Origin: the human T2T-CHM13v2.0 reference genome, Homo sapiens | Assembly (NCBI RefSeq): GCF_009914755.1 | Contig: NC_060936.1 | Reading direction: 5' to 3' (one strand) | Length of the DNA stretch: 64,000 nt | Shown: piece after piece, positions 46,142 to 63,928 of the stretch | How positions within the stretch are numbered: the stretch's first letter is position 1 | Layout: every line of letters begins with the position of its first letter | Made by a program: the position numbers and the translations under genes | The notes under the pieces: generated by a model | The model's database searches: none | The model's input: only the letters and a program-made list of their open reading frames with translations | What the model was told of the DNA's origin: nothing

Positions 46142-46583
<442 letters not shown>

Positions 46584-47645
46584 TGATTCTGTTTGGCTTC
46601 TTTTACGCTGTGTACTTCTGAGGTTCAACTGTGCTATCACTTGTGTCAGTAGCTTCCTTTTTTAATTGCTGAATAACATCCCACCGTATGGATACATCAC
46701 CCTTCCTTTGTCCATGAAGTGCCCGCCCACTTCATTTCATGGGTATTTCAGTTGTTTCCAGCTTTTGGCTATTGGAAATACAGCTGTGAAGGATATCTGT
46801 ATACCAGTGCTTATGTGGGCATGTACTTTTTTTCCCCTGGAGCAAGTCTGAAATGGTTGGGTCATATGGTGGTGTATGTTTACTGTTTCAAGAAAGAAAG
46901 TCCTATTTTTTCTAGGATTTATCCCATCTTATACCGCCACCAGCAGTGCGTGAGACAATGCCTGTTGTTTACAAGTGTGTGGCAGTGTCTCCTTGTGGTT
47001 TTCATTTGTGTTTCCCTGATGATGGAGGGGAACATTTCTTCTTCTTCCTTCTTCTTTTTCTTCTTTTTTTTCTTTTTTCTTTTTTTCTTTTTTTTTTTTT
47101 TGTTTGAGACGAGTCTTGCTCTGTCACCTGGGCTAGAGTTCAGTGGTAGGATCTCGGCTCACTGCAACCTCCGCCTCCCGGGTTCAAGTGATTCTGCTGC
47201 CTCAACCTCCCGAGTAGCTGGATTACTTTCGCACACCACAACGCCTGGCTAATTTTTGTATTTTTAGTAGAGCTGGGGTTTCGCCATGTTGGCCAGGCTG
47301 GTCTCAAACTCCTGACCTCAGGTGATCTGCCTGCCTTGGCCTCCCAAAGTGCTGGGATTACAGGTGTGAGCCACCACGCCTGGCATGGGGCACATTTTTT
47401 CATGTGCTTATTGGTTATTTTAAATATTATTCTATGAAATGTCTGTTGCCTATTTTTTTAAAAGTGGGTTATTTGTTTTCTGGTTATTGGCTTTTAAGAG
47501 TAAGTTCTGGATGTAAGTCCTTTGTCTGGCATGTGTGGTGCAAATGTTTTCTTCAATGGATGGCTTGCCTTTCTGTTTTTAAAAATGGGTTATTTCAAAG
47601 AGCAAGATATTTTATTCTATTTCATTTTTATTGTTTATTTTTTGA

Positions 47646-47861
<216 letters not shown>

Positions 47862-48330
47862 TGATCCTCCTGCCTTGGCCTCCCAAAGGGCTGGGATGAC
47901 AGGCGTGAGCCACTGTGCCCAGCCAGAGCAAGATATTTTACTTTTGATGAAGTCTAGTTAATTTTTTTCTCTTGTGGTCTATGCCATATCACTAAGATTT
48001 TCTTCCTGTTCTAGAGACTCATCGTTTGGAATTTTACATATACCTCTGTGACATATTTTGGATTAAACTTGCATATGGCGTGAGGTGTTAAGAGTTATTT
48101 TTCTTCCCCGCGTGAGTATCCAGTTGATACAGCACCATTCATTGAAAAGAATTTCCTTTCTGTGTTAAATTACCTGGACATCTTGTTGAATCAATTGACA
48201 AAAGATGTGTGGGTCTGTTCCTAAACTTGCAGATTCTGTGTCATTGATCTCTGTGACTATTTTTCTGACAAGGTATTTTGATTTATGTAGTTTTGTTATT
48301 GTTGTTTGTTTGTTTGTTTGTTTGAGATAG

Positions 48331-48501
<171 letters not shown>

Positions 48502-48730
48502 TAGGATTACAGGTGTGAGCCACCACACTTGGCCTTGATTTATGTAATTTTAAGCCTTGAAGTTAGGTAGGTTAAGTATTTCAGTTTTTTTTTTTTAATG
48601 ATTGATTTTAGTTGGGCACGGTGGATAATACCTGTAACCCCAGCAACTCAGGAGGCTGAGGTGGGAGGATCACTTGAGGCCAGGAGTTTGAGACCAGCTT
48701 GGGTAACATAGGGAGACCCCACCTCTACTA

Positions 48731-48877
<147 letters not shown>

Positions 48878-49780
48878 TTAACCAGGCATGGTAGTGGGTG
48901 CCTGTAGTCCCAGCTACTTGGGAGGCTGAGGTGGGAGGATGGCATGAGCCTGGGAGGGCGGAGGTTGCAGTGAGTCGAGATCGCGCCATCGCACTCCAGC
49001 CTGGGCAATAGAGCCAGACCTTGTCTTGAAAAATAAATAAATAAATAAAAATAAATGAGGGATTTGAGTCCCGCCCCTAGACCTTATGGAACCTTAATTC
49101 CTGCCTTACTCCAAATACAACCACACTGGGAGTTCAGGCTCCAGCATAGGAATCTTGGTGACAGAGACATTCAGTGCGTAGCAGCTGCTCGGAGGTACAG
49201 ACGCCCCGGCACCTGCAGCGCTCCCTGGACTCCTCACAGCAGCCTCCCACTTTGCTCTTAGCCTCCGCGGAGAAGCTTGTTGACTTGTTGGGATTCTGCT
49301 TTCAGGAACTGCAGATGCCCTGTTGCCTTTTTATGCCTTTCTTACCAAGATGCTGGTGCTGAAAATGCCACCTGCAAAATTTCATTCCAAAACGTTGAAT
49401 CCAGCTTTTAAACTACAGTTTCATAGGAATACAGGATGCAAAAGATTAGGTTAAATTACACTACACAAAATCAGCAAAATCCAGAATGTGTGGAACTCAA
49501 CAGAACAGTGATTTTCCTAGAAAAACTACAACAAAGACCAAGGGATGGAATTGTAAAATTGTAGTTTAAAAGAGACTTAAGAGCCTCGTGAATTGAAGGC
49601 CATCTCTGGATCTAGTTTGGATCTTGATTTTAACAGTGAAAAAAAATATTTGCTAGATAAATAAATTTGAGGACTCTATATTTGATGATTCTAAGGAATT
49701 GTTAATTTTTTGTGTGATAATAAGTTTTTAAAAGGTCTACTTTGGTGTATGTAAGAAAACGTCTGTAATAAAAAAACTCA

Positions 49781-50038
<258 letters not shown>

Positions 50039-50203
50039 TTATCTATTTTATCCACCTTTTTATCTATCAATGACTGCAATCATTGATGATTAATAGATCC
50101 ACTATTTCATCTATTAATCAATGATTGTGATGCGTTACTTTGCTTATCCTATTACACCTGCATTTGTCAGGTGTGACTGTCTTGTGCAGAATGGTTTTTC
50201 TTC

Positions 50204-50543
<340 letters not shown>

Positions 50544-50683
50544 CTAAAATACAGTTCATGTAGAACACACAGAATTAATACTTGATTTTTTTCCTTATCA
50601 ATTTTCTGGATACTGATTTGGTGCCCTGGTCACTTGCAGAAGTAGCTGATAGTATTTCCCTTTGCAGTCTCACGTGGGCGTAG

Positions 50684-51216
<533 letters not shown>

Positions 51217-51493
51217 TGAGTCTTGTTAACGAGAAATGCTCTGCAGAGACCTGGGTCTAGGGGCTCAAGATGTTTGCTGTTACCAGTTTGTCATTGCTAC
51301 TCGACTATTTTGGGGACACAACTAGGAAACAATTTTTTTTGAAAGGGAAAAATATTAATAAATCCCTGGATCTTTTGAATTCACTTTTACAACAGCATAG
51401 GTATTACATCACATCATATTGTATTCCAGGATATGTTCAATTAGACCCTCTTGAAAAACATGTAGGTGATTTCCAGTCTTTTGTAATGAAAGT

Positions 51494-51855
51494 TGATATG
51501 GTGTAGCTCTGTGTCCCCACCCAAATCTCACCTTGACTTATAATAATTCCTATGGGTCAAGGGCCGGACCAGGTAGACGTAATTGAATCACAAGGGCAGT
51601 TTCCCCCATGCTGTACTCGTGATAATGAGTGAGTCTCACAAGATCTGATGGTTTTCTAAGTGTCTGGCATTTCCTCCTTTGCTCGGCACTCATTCTCTCT
51701 CCTGCCGCCCTGTGAAGAGGTGTCTTCTGTCATGATTGTAAGTTTCCTGAGGCCTTCCCAGCCATGCAGAACTGTGAGTCAATTAAACCTCGTTTCTTTA
51801 TAAATTACCCGGTCTTGGGTATTTCTTCATAGCAGCATGAGAACGGATGAATACA
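51494..51855 (+). mobile_element. THE1 (THE1C-like) MaLR solo LTR
   Basis: tgatatgg...tgtgtccccacccaaatctcaccttga...gaactgtgagtcaattaaacctc...aataca. Confidence 0.88.
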
Positions 51856-52636
51856 AAGTCTTGCGTACTTATAATTTCATATAGTTGTGCCAGAACATCT
51901 TTGTAGCAGAAGTGAGACTGGGGTCAAAGGGTAAAGGCATATTCAATTTGGCTAAATACTGCCAACTTCTTCCCTTTAGGGGTCATAACCATTTTCATTC
52001 CCACCAGCAATGTATTCTGTTTTAGCCAAGGTCATTTTAAAAAATTTATACAACTTAAAACTTTTCAGGACCAGATGGAATGACTCACGCCTATAATTCC
52101 AGCACTTTGGGAGACAGAGCTGGGAAAATCTCTTGAGGCCAGGAGTTCCAGGCTGGCCTGGGCAACAAAGCAAGGCCTCGTCTCTAAAATCAAAACAAAA
52201 TTATCATGAAAGCATGGATTTCCATTTTCTCTCGAGAAACGAGATGATCTGGCCATGCCCGTTCCTGTGTGGAGGGACAGAGTTCAGCAGATCACCAGGA
52301 CTCCGGCTTCTGGAAAATGCAGGCCTGCTTGCTCACACTTGGTGTAGGTGCTAGTTTACAGGCATTTGAATTTCAGAGTTCTTGTTATAAGCTGGACTTT
52401 GCCATTTACCTGTGAATGAGACACACATGTCTCTGCTCTAATGGTGCTTACGTGTGTGTGTGTGTGCATGCATGTGTGTGTGTGTACATGCATGTGTGTC
52501 CACATGTGTGAATATAGAGGGGGCTCAGCATGCTTTATAACATGTTTATATAACATAGAAATTGTCAGCCTGGGCAACATGGTGAAACCACGTCTCTACT
52601 AAAAATACAAAAATTAGCCAGGTATGGTGGCACTCA

Positions 52637-52789
<153 letters not shown>

Positions 52790-53437
52790 CTATGGTTAAA
52801 TTTGTAATGCCTTCCTCAGAATTTTATAAATTATTTTCATTGCAGAGAAATTGGGTTGAATTTGAAATAGTGGGAGTACTTGCCCTTCATCTTAATGAGG
52901 CCAGCACAGAAGGAAAGGCGGGAGTGTGTGGAGTCTACAGCCTGGCCTCGAAGGCTGAGGGCACCTGGAATTTTGTGTCTAACAACCGAGGATTACTGCA
53001 GGGGCTGAGGAGGGCAGGGCCGACGGTGCTCATCGGAGGCAACATCACTGCTGAGATGTTGAGAAAGATGGAAATTGTGCTGGCTTGGGATTCTCCTATG
53101 ATTAAATCACCCAATATTTAATCCTATTAAATCCTCACAGTGCTCTAGTTTAATAAAACTCTTTAATATATGTCATAGGAAGGCCTTGTTATCCGAAGAT
53201 AATTGGTATTAAAAGTAACCACTTGAAAAGAGTCTACTTAACACAAGGACAGGAATCTTACAGTGACAGTGTGACAAGTTTTGGATTTGATGCTATGGAT
53301 TTCATAATTGAAATTGTATGCTGATTCTTGGAACAAAGCAAAAAACGAGCTGCGTTCATTTGGGAGGAACGTCATTTGTATGGTAGAATTATAGTTTATT
53401 CTTCAATTCGCACTTGGTTTTCACAGCATAATCATAA

Positions 53438-53810
<373 letters not shown>

Positions 53811-54468
53811 TGAAGGAATCCACCTGCCTTGGCCTCCCAAAATGCTGGGATTACAGGCATGTGCCACCGCACCTGGCCCCGGGTGATCTTCTGTTGCAGG
53901 ATTTGCAATGTCTCTTTTAACTGGTTTAACTCCAATTCCGTTCATCAGAGAGGGCCAGGACGACCAAGGCCAGGGATTTTGACTCCCTGACTTGGATGAT
54001 AGGTGCCAACATGAGGCAGGGGGAGTTGTCGAGGAGCCATTTTGTAAGTGATCAATAGTGAATAACGTCGGGTGTTGATGACTTTCGCCTCCTCTTGCAA
54101 CCTCGATGAGGATATTTGGATAATGAGAAGCTGTTGTGTTTCATTGGATTCTTATGATAATCCTGATAACCAGCCAAGGTCCCACAGCCAGGACACACAG
54201 GATGTCATCCACCCCGTACCTATGAGCCTCTGTGACACCATTAGGCCCAGCGCTGCTGTAGGTACTGTGAAAAGAGGGATATTTTTAGGTCAATCAACAA
54301 TGTTAACATATGCATATATTTAAAAAGTCTTAAATTATTATTATTTGCCGGGCACGGTGGCTCCCGCCTATAATCCCAGCACTTTGGGAGGCCAAGGCGG
54401 GTAGATCACCTGAGGTCAGGAGTTCAAGACCAGCCTGGCCAACATGGCGAAACCCCGTCTCCACTAAA

Positions 54469-54508
<40 letters not shown>

Positions 54509-55021
54509 TAGCCGGGTGTGGTGGCGGGCACCTGTAATCCCAGCTACTAGAGAGGCTGAGATCCACCATGTCTGGCCACTTTCTTTTTGTATTTTTGTAG
54601 AGACAGGGTTTCATGATACTGGCTGTTGTTAAACTCCTGACCTCAGGTGATCTGCCTGCCTCGGCCTCCCAAAGTGCTGGCATTACAGGCGTGAGCCACT
54701 GCGCCCAGCTAGGAAAAGAAAATTACCATTTTGTTTTATTACACGAGTGGATGTTAATTATAAAAATATTCAGACACTATATAGAAATAGCACAGCCATC
54801 CACAGTCCTGCACTTTGAGACAAGCTTCTGTGTGTTATGGCACAAGTCATTGTTTGTGACCGGTTTCTCATAGACTTTTAAAAAGCACGGTCGTTTCATT
54901 TTCCTTCCATCTTCTCTCACCAGGTAACAGCCTGGTGGTCTATCCTTCCATGCTTTCTCCGTTGTCACAGTGTGTGTGTGTGCTTGTGTGTGTTGTGTGT
55001 GTGTGTGCACAGATTTGATGG

Positions 55022-55588
55022 TGTCTTAGGGTTCTCCAGAGGGACAGAACCAACAGGATGTATGTATACATGAAAGGATCTTATTAGGGAAAATTGGCTC
55101 ACACGATCACAAGACGAGGTCCCAGGATAGGCCGTCTGCAAGCTGGGCAAGAGAGAAGCCGGTAGTGGCTCAGTCCGTGTCCAAAAGCCTCAAACCAAGA
55201 AAGTCGACAGTGCCACCTTCTCTCTGTGGCAGAAGGCTTGAGACCTTCCAGAAGCCACAGATGCAAGTCCCAGAGTCCAAAGGCAGGAGAACCTGGAGGC
55301 TGATGTCCAAGGGCAGAAGGAGAGGGAGGAAGCATCCAGCACAGGAGAAAGAAGGAAGCCGGGAGACCCAGCAAGCCAGGTCATCCCATCTTCCTCCTGC
55401 CTTGTCCCAGCCGCGCTGGCAGCCCACTGGATGGTGCCCACCCACATCGAGGGTATGTTTCCTCTCCCAGTCCACCAACTCAAATGTCCATCTCCTCTGG
55501 CAACATCCTCACACCCAAGAACCATACTTCACCAGCCATCTAGGCCTCTTCAGTCCAAACAAGTTGACGTCTAATATTTACCATCACA
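55022..55588 (-). mobile_element. MLT2A-like (ERVL) solo LTR
   Basis: tgtcttagggttctccagagggacagaac...ccatcaca, with a near-TSD gatgg/gatga. Confidence 0.8.
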
Positions 55589-57014
55589 GATGAATTTCAA
55601 TACTTTTGATTATTTGAACAGGGAACACGCAGACACTCACATGATCCACAGCCCACGAAGTGCTGACAGGCACACTGGTGGGAAGTCTCTCCCCATCCAT
55701 GCAATCTTTGTCTCACCCCGATAGACACTGGCTGGTATTGGCTTCCTGTATGTCCTGTCATAATTTGTTTATGCTCAAACACATAAGAATATAGACTTTT
55801 ATTCTTCCACCAGTTATAAAAGCAAACAAAAGCTAGTTTGTTTAGACAATATGCGTTTGGCTTTTTCACAGAAGAGCATATCTTGGAGATAATTTCACAG
55901 TGAGTATTGAGATCCCTCTAAGTAGCTGTATACCATCGAGGCTGGATGGATGCATCAAAATTGAATAACCAGCCCCCTATTGAGGACATTTGGGTTGGTT
56001 ATCATATTATTACAAACACTACTGTGAATATATTCTTGCACACTTGTTATTTTGCATATGTGCAAATACATCTGCAGGATCAACCCCTAGAAGTGGAATT
56101 GTTGGGTCACAGATGAATGTCGCTAGCTGCTGCTTAACGGCCTGCACTATTGTGCTGCTCACATTCCCATTAGCAGAGTGGGAGCGCTCTCGTTCTCCCG
56201 TAGCTTTGATACCAGCCTGTGTTATTAAACTTTTGGAACTCTGCCATTCTGATAAGTGAAAAATGTAATTCCGCGTGGCTTTAATTTGCATTTATCTTAT
56301 CACAGGTGAGATTTAACCTCTTCACTTGTGTAACAGCTATTCCTAGTTCTTTGTAAATTGCATGCTCATAGCCTTCCTTTCTCTATTTTCTTTGTTAGTT
56401 GCCTCTCCTTTTTGAAAATGCATTTCTAGGAGCTCTTTATTATGAAGAACATCCCTTGTAATGAGATGCAAACATTTTTTCCCAGTTCATCATTTGCCTT
56501 TTGCTTTTGCATTTTTATTTATTTTAATTTTTTTTGAGACAGAATCTTGCACTGTCCCCCAGGCTGGAGTGCAGTGTCGTGATCTCGGCTCACTGCAATC
56601 TCCGCCTCCCGGTTCTTGTGCTTCAGCCTCCCGAGTAGCTGGGGTTACAGGCGCACTCCACCATGCCCAGCTAATTTTTGTATTTTTAGTAGAGATGGGG
56701 TTTCATCATGTTGGCCAGGCTGGTCTCAAACTCCTGACCTCAACTGATCCACCCGCCTTGGCCTCCCAAAGTGCTGGGATGACAGGCCTGAGCCACTGTG
56801 CCCGGCCTTATTTTCTTTTTCAAGATAGTTATGCCTATGTTTCAACACCATTACTGAAGAGTTACCCATAATTTCTCTGAGATGTCAAACTTATCATATG
56901 TTATATTCTCATTTGTACTGAGGCGTGTTCCTGTGCTTTTGATAGCATTACAATGATCTATTTTTGTGCCAAGGCCACCAGGGTTAATTATTGTAACTTC
57001 ATAATCCATCCTCT

Positions 57015-57105
57015 TCATATATATATGAAAATATATATATATATACACTTTATATATATATATACACTTTATATATATATACACTTTATATATATATATA
57101 CACTT

Positions 57106-57137
<32 letters not shown>

Positions 57138-57160
57138 CACTTTATATATATATACACTTT
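57015..57160. repeat. (TA)n-CACTT compound repeat
   Basis: tatatatatatacactt recurs about 6 times. Confidence 0.93.
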
Positions 57161-57321
57161 TTTTCTGGTTACTCTTGCTTGTTTATTTTTCCTCTTAACC
57201 TAGTTCCAACAAAACAGAACCCAATGCAAGCAAAGAATCTAGTTATAGTATTTGTGTTAGCAACACTTCATATTTATAAATTAACATAGAGACAAGGACA
57301 CTTTATTATATTGAGTCCTTG

Positions 57322-57742
57322 TTCAGGGCTGAATTATGTGCCTTCACACCCTGAAACTCATGTGTTGAAGCCTTAACCCCTGGTCCTCAGAATGTGATTG
57401 TGTTTGGAGATAGTCTTTAAAAAGGTGATTAAATTAAAACGAGGCCCTTAGGGTGGATCCTGTTCTAATCTGACTTATGTCCTTGTAAGAAGAGGAGAGT
57501 CAGACATGCAAGGAGATACCAGGGATGGACGAACACCGAGAAAAATACCCTATGAGGACACGGGCAAGAAGGCAGCCGTCTGCAAGCCAAGGAGAGAGCC
57601 CCCAGGAGAAACTCGCCCTGCTGACTCCTTGGCCTTGAACCTGCAAGCTCCGGAACTGTGAGAGAATACATTTTACACATTTTGTTGTTTAAGGCAAAAG
57701 GTCTGGGGAACTTTATTATGGCAGTCCTAGCTAACTAATTCA
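57322..57742 (+). mobile_element. MLT1A/B-type LTR
   Basis: gggctgaattatgtgcc...cctcagaatgtgattgtgtttggaga...gcaagccaaggagagag...ttattatggcagtcctagc. Confidence 0.72.
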
Positions 57743-58468
57743 GTCCTCTCTCCAAGAATATAATATTTCTTTCTATTTCTTCATACTAAAAAATTAATAC
57801 ATTAAGGGTTTTCTTCACTCAGTTCTTGTAGAGTTCTTAAGCTTATTTTGAGGTATTTTAAATTTTTTTTGGTGGGATGCTTTTTTAAGTATATAGAGTC
57901 ATTTTTTCTTATACCTTTTAAGCGATACTTCTTTGTATATATGAAAGTTCATTAAATTTGCCTTTGTAGTGTCTTTCCATTGTTTGTTTTACAAAAAATG
58001 GGACTTATCTACTCACCCACACTGAACTTTTTTTACTTAGCAATACATAGTGGAACTACCTTCAATTTGTTCAAGTCAACAAATTCCCCCCAACTCTCAT
58101 ATACCCACCACCTAGAACCTACCATTCACATTTTACTATGCTTGTTTTGTCACTCATTTATCTGTCTGTCTGTCTGTCTATCTTTTTTTTTTTTGAGACA
58201 GAGTTTCATTCTTGTTGCCCAGGCTGGCACAGTCTCTGCTCATTGCAACCTCTGCCTCCCTGGTTCAAGCGATTCTCCTGCCTCAGCCTCCCAAGTAGCT
58301 GGGATTACAGGCACCCGCCACTATGTTGGGCTAATTTTTGTATTTTTAGTAGAGGCAGGGTTTCACCGTGTTGGCCAGGCTGGTGTTCAACTCTTGACCT
58401 CAGGTGATTCACCCACCTTGGCCTCCCAAAGTGCTGGGATTACAGATGTGAGCCACCGTGCCTGGCCC

Positions 58469-58470
58469 TA

Positions 58471-58502
<32 letters not shown>

Positions 58503-58548
58503 CCTATCTATCATCTATCTATCTATCTTTCTATCTATATCTATCTAT
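58469..58548. repeat. (TCTG)n(TCTA)n tetranucleotide microsatellite
   Basis: Seen directly in the sequence. Confidence 0.9.
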
Positions 58549-58974
58549 TCCTTTCTATTTCCATAAACCCATTCTTTTTAATGGGAGCATAATATTTGCC
58601 CTTTATAAAATACTACAGTTTGTTAAACTGATAGTTTGTTACTCCATTTCTAGTCTTTCCTCCTAACTACAAATATTTCTGCAATATATATTCTTACTTA
58701 TGTGTTGATGCTTTTATTTCTGTAAGATAGATTCCCAGATGGAATGGAAATAATTTAATAGATATTGCCAGGTTGCTCTCCCAAATGGATAACTCACATT
58801 TCTAGGCTTGTTTAAGAACACCTTCTTTCTTCCTTGCATCCTTCCAGCTAATATCACTCTTTTACATTTTGAAGATTTACTGGGTATAAAATGATATTTC
58901 ATTATTATTTGAATTTGCCCTTCCCTGACTCCAAGGAAGTGGGAGCATCCTTCATTTGTATAAAGACCATTTTA

Positions 58975-59703
<729 letters not shown>

Positions 59704-60077
59704 TAATCTAAGTTGTATGGATAGTCTTGTAAATGATTTTGGCATTTTAATTTTATTTGTTTGCATGAAAGTGTTACTCTTTCTGGAAATTATTCTGTGT
59801 CTAGAGATCCAGGTCCGGTTTGTCTTTCCTTCTCCCATACTGATGACGTGTTTGCTGCAGTGGCATTTATTAAGTAGCCCCTCCGCCCACCTCCCCCGTG
59901 GCAGTGACAACCGTGCCCTGTGCTAATCCTCAGGCAGCAGGGCTCCATTCTGAGCGTCTGTGCTACCTTCAACTTCTCCAGCCCTAGATCCCCAGGATTC
60001 TGAGTGGATTTTGACTCCGTTGTCCTCTCTGGTGTGTAATCCCCCTTTATTTCCCACCATTTCCTTGGCTATTCTTG

Positions 60078-60480
<403 letters not shown>

Positions 60481-60502
60481 TAAAAAATATTTAGAATAAT
60501 GA

Positions 60503-60900
<398 letters not shown>

Positions 60901-61782
60901 TGATCTGCCTGCCTCAGCCTCCCAAAGTGCTGAGATTACAGGCATGAGCCACCGTGCCTGGCCAATTTTTCTTCATTTTTAAGTGTTATCTGGTTATTGC
61001 TAACTTACAGAAAAAAATTTAAAGACTGTATTTATCTTTAATCCAAGTGTCTTCACACACTCTTGTTTCTTTTGTTCATTAGTTTATTTTTCAGGTATTT
61101 TGCTTTTTCAAGGTATGTAATCATAGAGAGCAAAAGAGATTATATTATCACATTTCTAATGTTTATACTGATTATTTTATTTTCTCATATTCTTAAGTAT
61201 GCTGAAATTGCTAATTGATAATAAATGAAAAGGTATTAGTATTTACTGTTTTTTAAAAAAATTATTTGATAGAGATAGGGTCTCACTATGTTGCCCAGGC
61301 TGGGGTCAAACTCCTAGGCTCAAACGATCCTCCTGCCTCAGCCTCCTGAACTGCTGGGATTACAGATGTGAGCCACTGTGCCTGGCCAGTATTCGCTGTT
61401 TTAAATTATCTGTATTCTTGGGGTTTGACAGGTAATTTTTAACCTTTAAGAAATTTATTTAGAAAGACTTTGTTAGAAATAGTTACTCAACTTTATCAAC
61501 TGCCTTTTCAGCATCTCTTCCTATGAAATTTGTTCTCCCTTCCTTAGTTATTTGATGTAACTTTTAAATGTTGACAGATTCCTGAACATCAGTCATTCTT
61601 GAATTTCTGAGAAAAAGCCCTGCTTCAGTTTCATGCTTGGTCACAGTGTTTATCTGATTTATTTCTGTTCTCTTTGTTCATTTTTGTGCCTGTATTTCTA
61701 TGGGTGATTGATCCACACTTTTCTAGTTTTCAATGACCATTGTCAGGTTCTGGTGTAAAGCCCAGGCGCGGTGGCATCACAC

Positions 61783-62366
61783 AGGCTGAGCCACAGAGGC
61801 TTTGGGAGCCGGCCACCTGGGCACGGGCTGAACCACACGGGATCTGGGAGCCGGCCGCCTGGGCACGGGCTGATCCACATGGGCTCTGGGAGCCGGCCGC
61901 CTGGGCACGGGCTGAACCACCCGGGCTCTGGGAGCCGGCCGCCTGGGCACGGGCTGAACCACCCGGGATCTGGGAGCCGGCCGCCTGGGCACGGGCTGAA
62001 CCACCCGGGATCTGGGAGCCGGCCGCCTGGGCACGGGCTGAACCACCCGGGCTCTGGGAGCCGGCCGCCTGGGCACGGGCTGAACCACCCGGGATCTGGG
62101 AGCCGGCCGCCTGGGCACGGGCTGATCCACATGGGCTCTGGGAGCCGGCCGCCTGGGCACGGGCTGAACCACCCGGGATCTGGGAGCCGGCCGCCTGGGC
62201 ACGGGCTGATCCACATGGGCTCTGGGAGCCGGCCGCCTGGGCACGGGCTGAACCACACGGGATCTGGGAGCCGGCCGCCTGGGCACGGGCTGATCCACGT
62301 GGGCTCTGGGAGCCGGCCGCCTGGGCACGGGCTGATCCACGTGGGCTCTGGGAGCCGGCCGCTTGG
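61783..62366. repeat. 42-bp GC-rich VNTR, about 14 copies
   Basis: tgggagccgg recurs every 42 bp from 61803 to 62349. Confidence 0.97.
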
Positions 62367-62535
62367 GTTCGGCCCCACCCCCTGCCTCTTACCAGCTGTG
62401 TGCCCAGGACACTTGCTCTCTTCCTTTGATTGTTTTGCCTGTAAAATGAGAATATGGTAACATTTCCTCCACATGACTTCTGTGAGGATTAAGGAAGTTA
62501 GAAGACTGGTGTGTAGAACACTAGTACATGTTAGA
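62343..62535 (+). mobile_element. MIR SINE
   Basis: gggctctgggagcc..tgggttc..cttaccagctgtgtg..ctgtaaaatgagaata..tgtgaggattaa follows the order of the MIR consensus. Confidence 0.75.
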
Positions 62536-63017
62536 AAAATTTGCCCTTTTTTTTGTGTGTGTGAGACAGGGTCTTGCTCTGTCGCCCAGGCTGGAGTGCA
62601 GTGTCGTGATCATAGCTCATTGCAGACTTGAACTCAGGGGCTCAAGGGATCCTCCACCTCAGCCTCCTGAGTAGCTGGGGCCACAGGCGTGTGCCACCAT
62701 GCCTGGCTAATTTTTCTGTTTTCAAAAATACAGATGGGGTCTCACTGTGTTGCCCAGGTTAGTCTCAAACTCCTGGACTCAAGCGATCCACCTGCTTTGG
62801 CCTCCCAAAGTGCTGAGATTACAGGTGTGAGTCACCAGGCCTGGTGGCCCTGTCATTTTAAAAGGAAATGAGGGCCCAGCACAGTGGGAGGCCGAGGTGG
62901 GCAGATTACCTGAGGTCAGGAGTTTGAGAGCTGTCTGGCCAACATGGTGATACCCCGTCTCTACTAAAAATACAAAAATTAGCCAGATGTGGTGGTGCAG
63001 GCCTGTAATCCCAGTTA

Positions 63018-63188
<171 letters not shown>

Positions 63189-63928
63189 TTAAGGAATTTA
63201 TCTACTGACTTCAACCTTGTACCTGAGGCATAAACTATTTGTATCAAGTGGGCTTGAAATGATGAGAACAGCAGATGATGGGAAAGAAAGGTCTGTACTC
63301 AGTGTTCCCACAGAAGAAAAGTCATCAGTGTCTGGTCTTTGATGTTCTCTAAGCAGATGGGCAAATCTCCAAGGTTCTGAAGTTTGTTGGGGAGGAAAAA
63401 TAATGCTGTTTCCTTCTCTCGGAAAAAGTCAGCAAGGAGCGTGAGGGTTCAATGTGGTAACGTAGCTGCATGTTCCTCTCTGAAGCTCTCAGCTTCTCCC
63501 CAAAAACGTTGGACACACCATATCTCTCATCTTTGAAAACCCCATTCTCAATGTGGGCCTTTTAATGATGGGTTGTTAAATAACAATTTATGCCAGAAAT
63601 TTCTTTCTTTAGTGAAGAAAGAGAAGAAAGATAAACTCCTTGGGAGCAGAGTTGTGCTTTGAAAATGTCTCACACTAAGACAGTTTTTTTTTTCCTTTTT
63701 TTTTTGAGACAGGGTCTCACTCTGTCATCCAGGCTGGAGTGCAGTGGCATGATCTTGGCTCACTGTAGCCTCAACTTCCTGGGCTCAAACAATCCTCCTG
63801 CCTCAGCCTCCTGAGTAGCTGGGACTACAGGTGCAGGCCACTGGACCTAGCTAATTTTTTAAAAATTAATTTTTGGTAGAGACAGGGTCTCACTATGTTG
63901 CCCAAGCTGGTCTTGAATTGCTGGCCTT

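Noticed and set aside
55545-55588. MLT2A LTR as a DUX4-driven embryonic promoter
   Set aside because: The position where a CAATCCAATCA-like motif is expected reads CAGTCCAAACA, so the motif appears degraded.
57980-58666. 228-aa ORF and the many similar '[13 protein letters not shown]' / '[13 protein letters not shown]' ORFs across the window
   Set aside because: These are translations of Alu sequence.
61740-62474. Four overlapping 187-243-aa ORFs
   Set aside because: They result from a GC-rich 42-bp (3n) tandem repeat and use non-ATG or weak starts.
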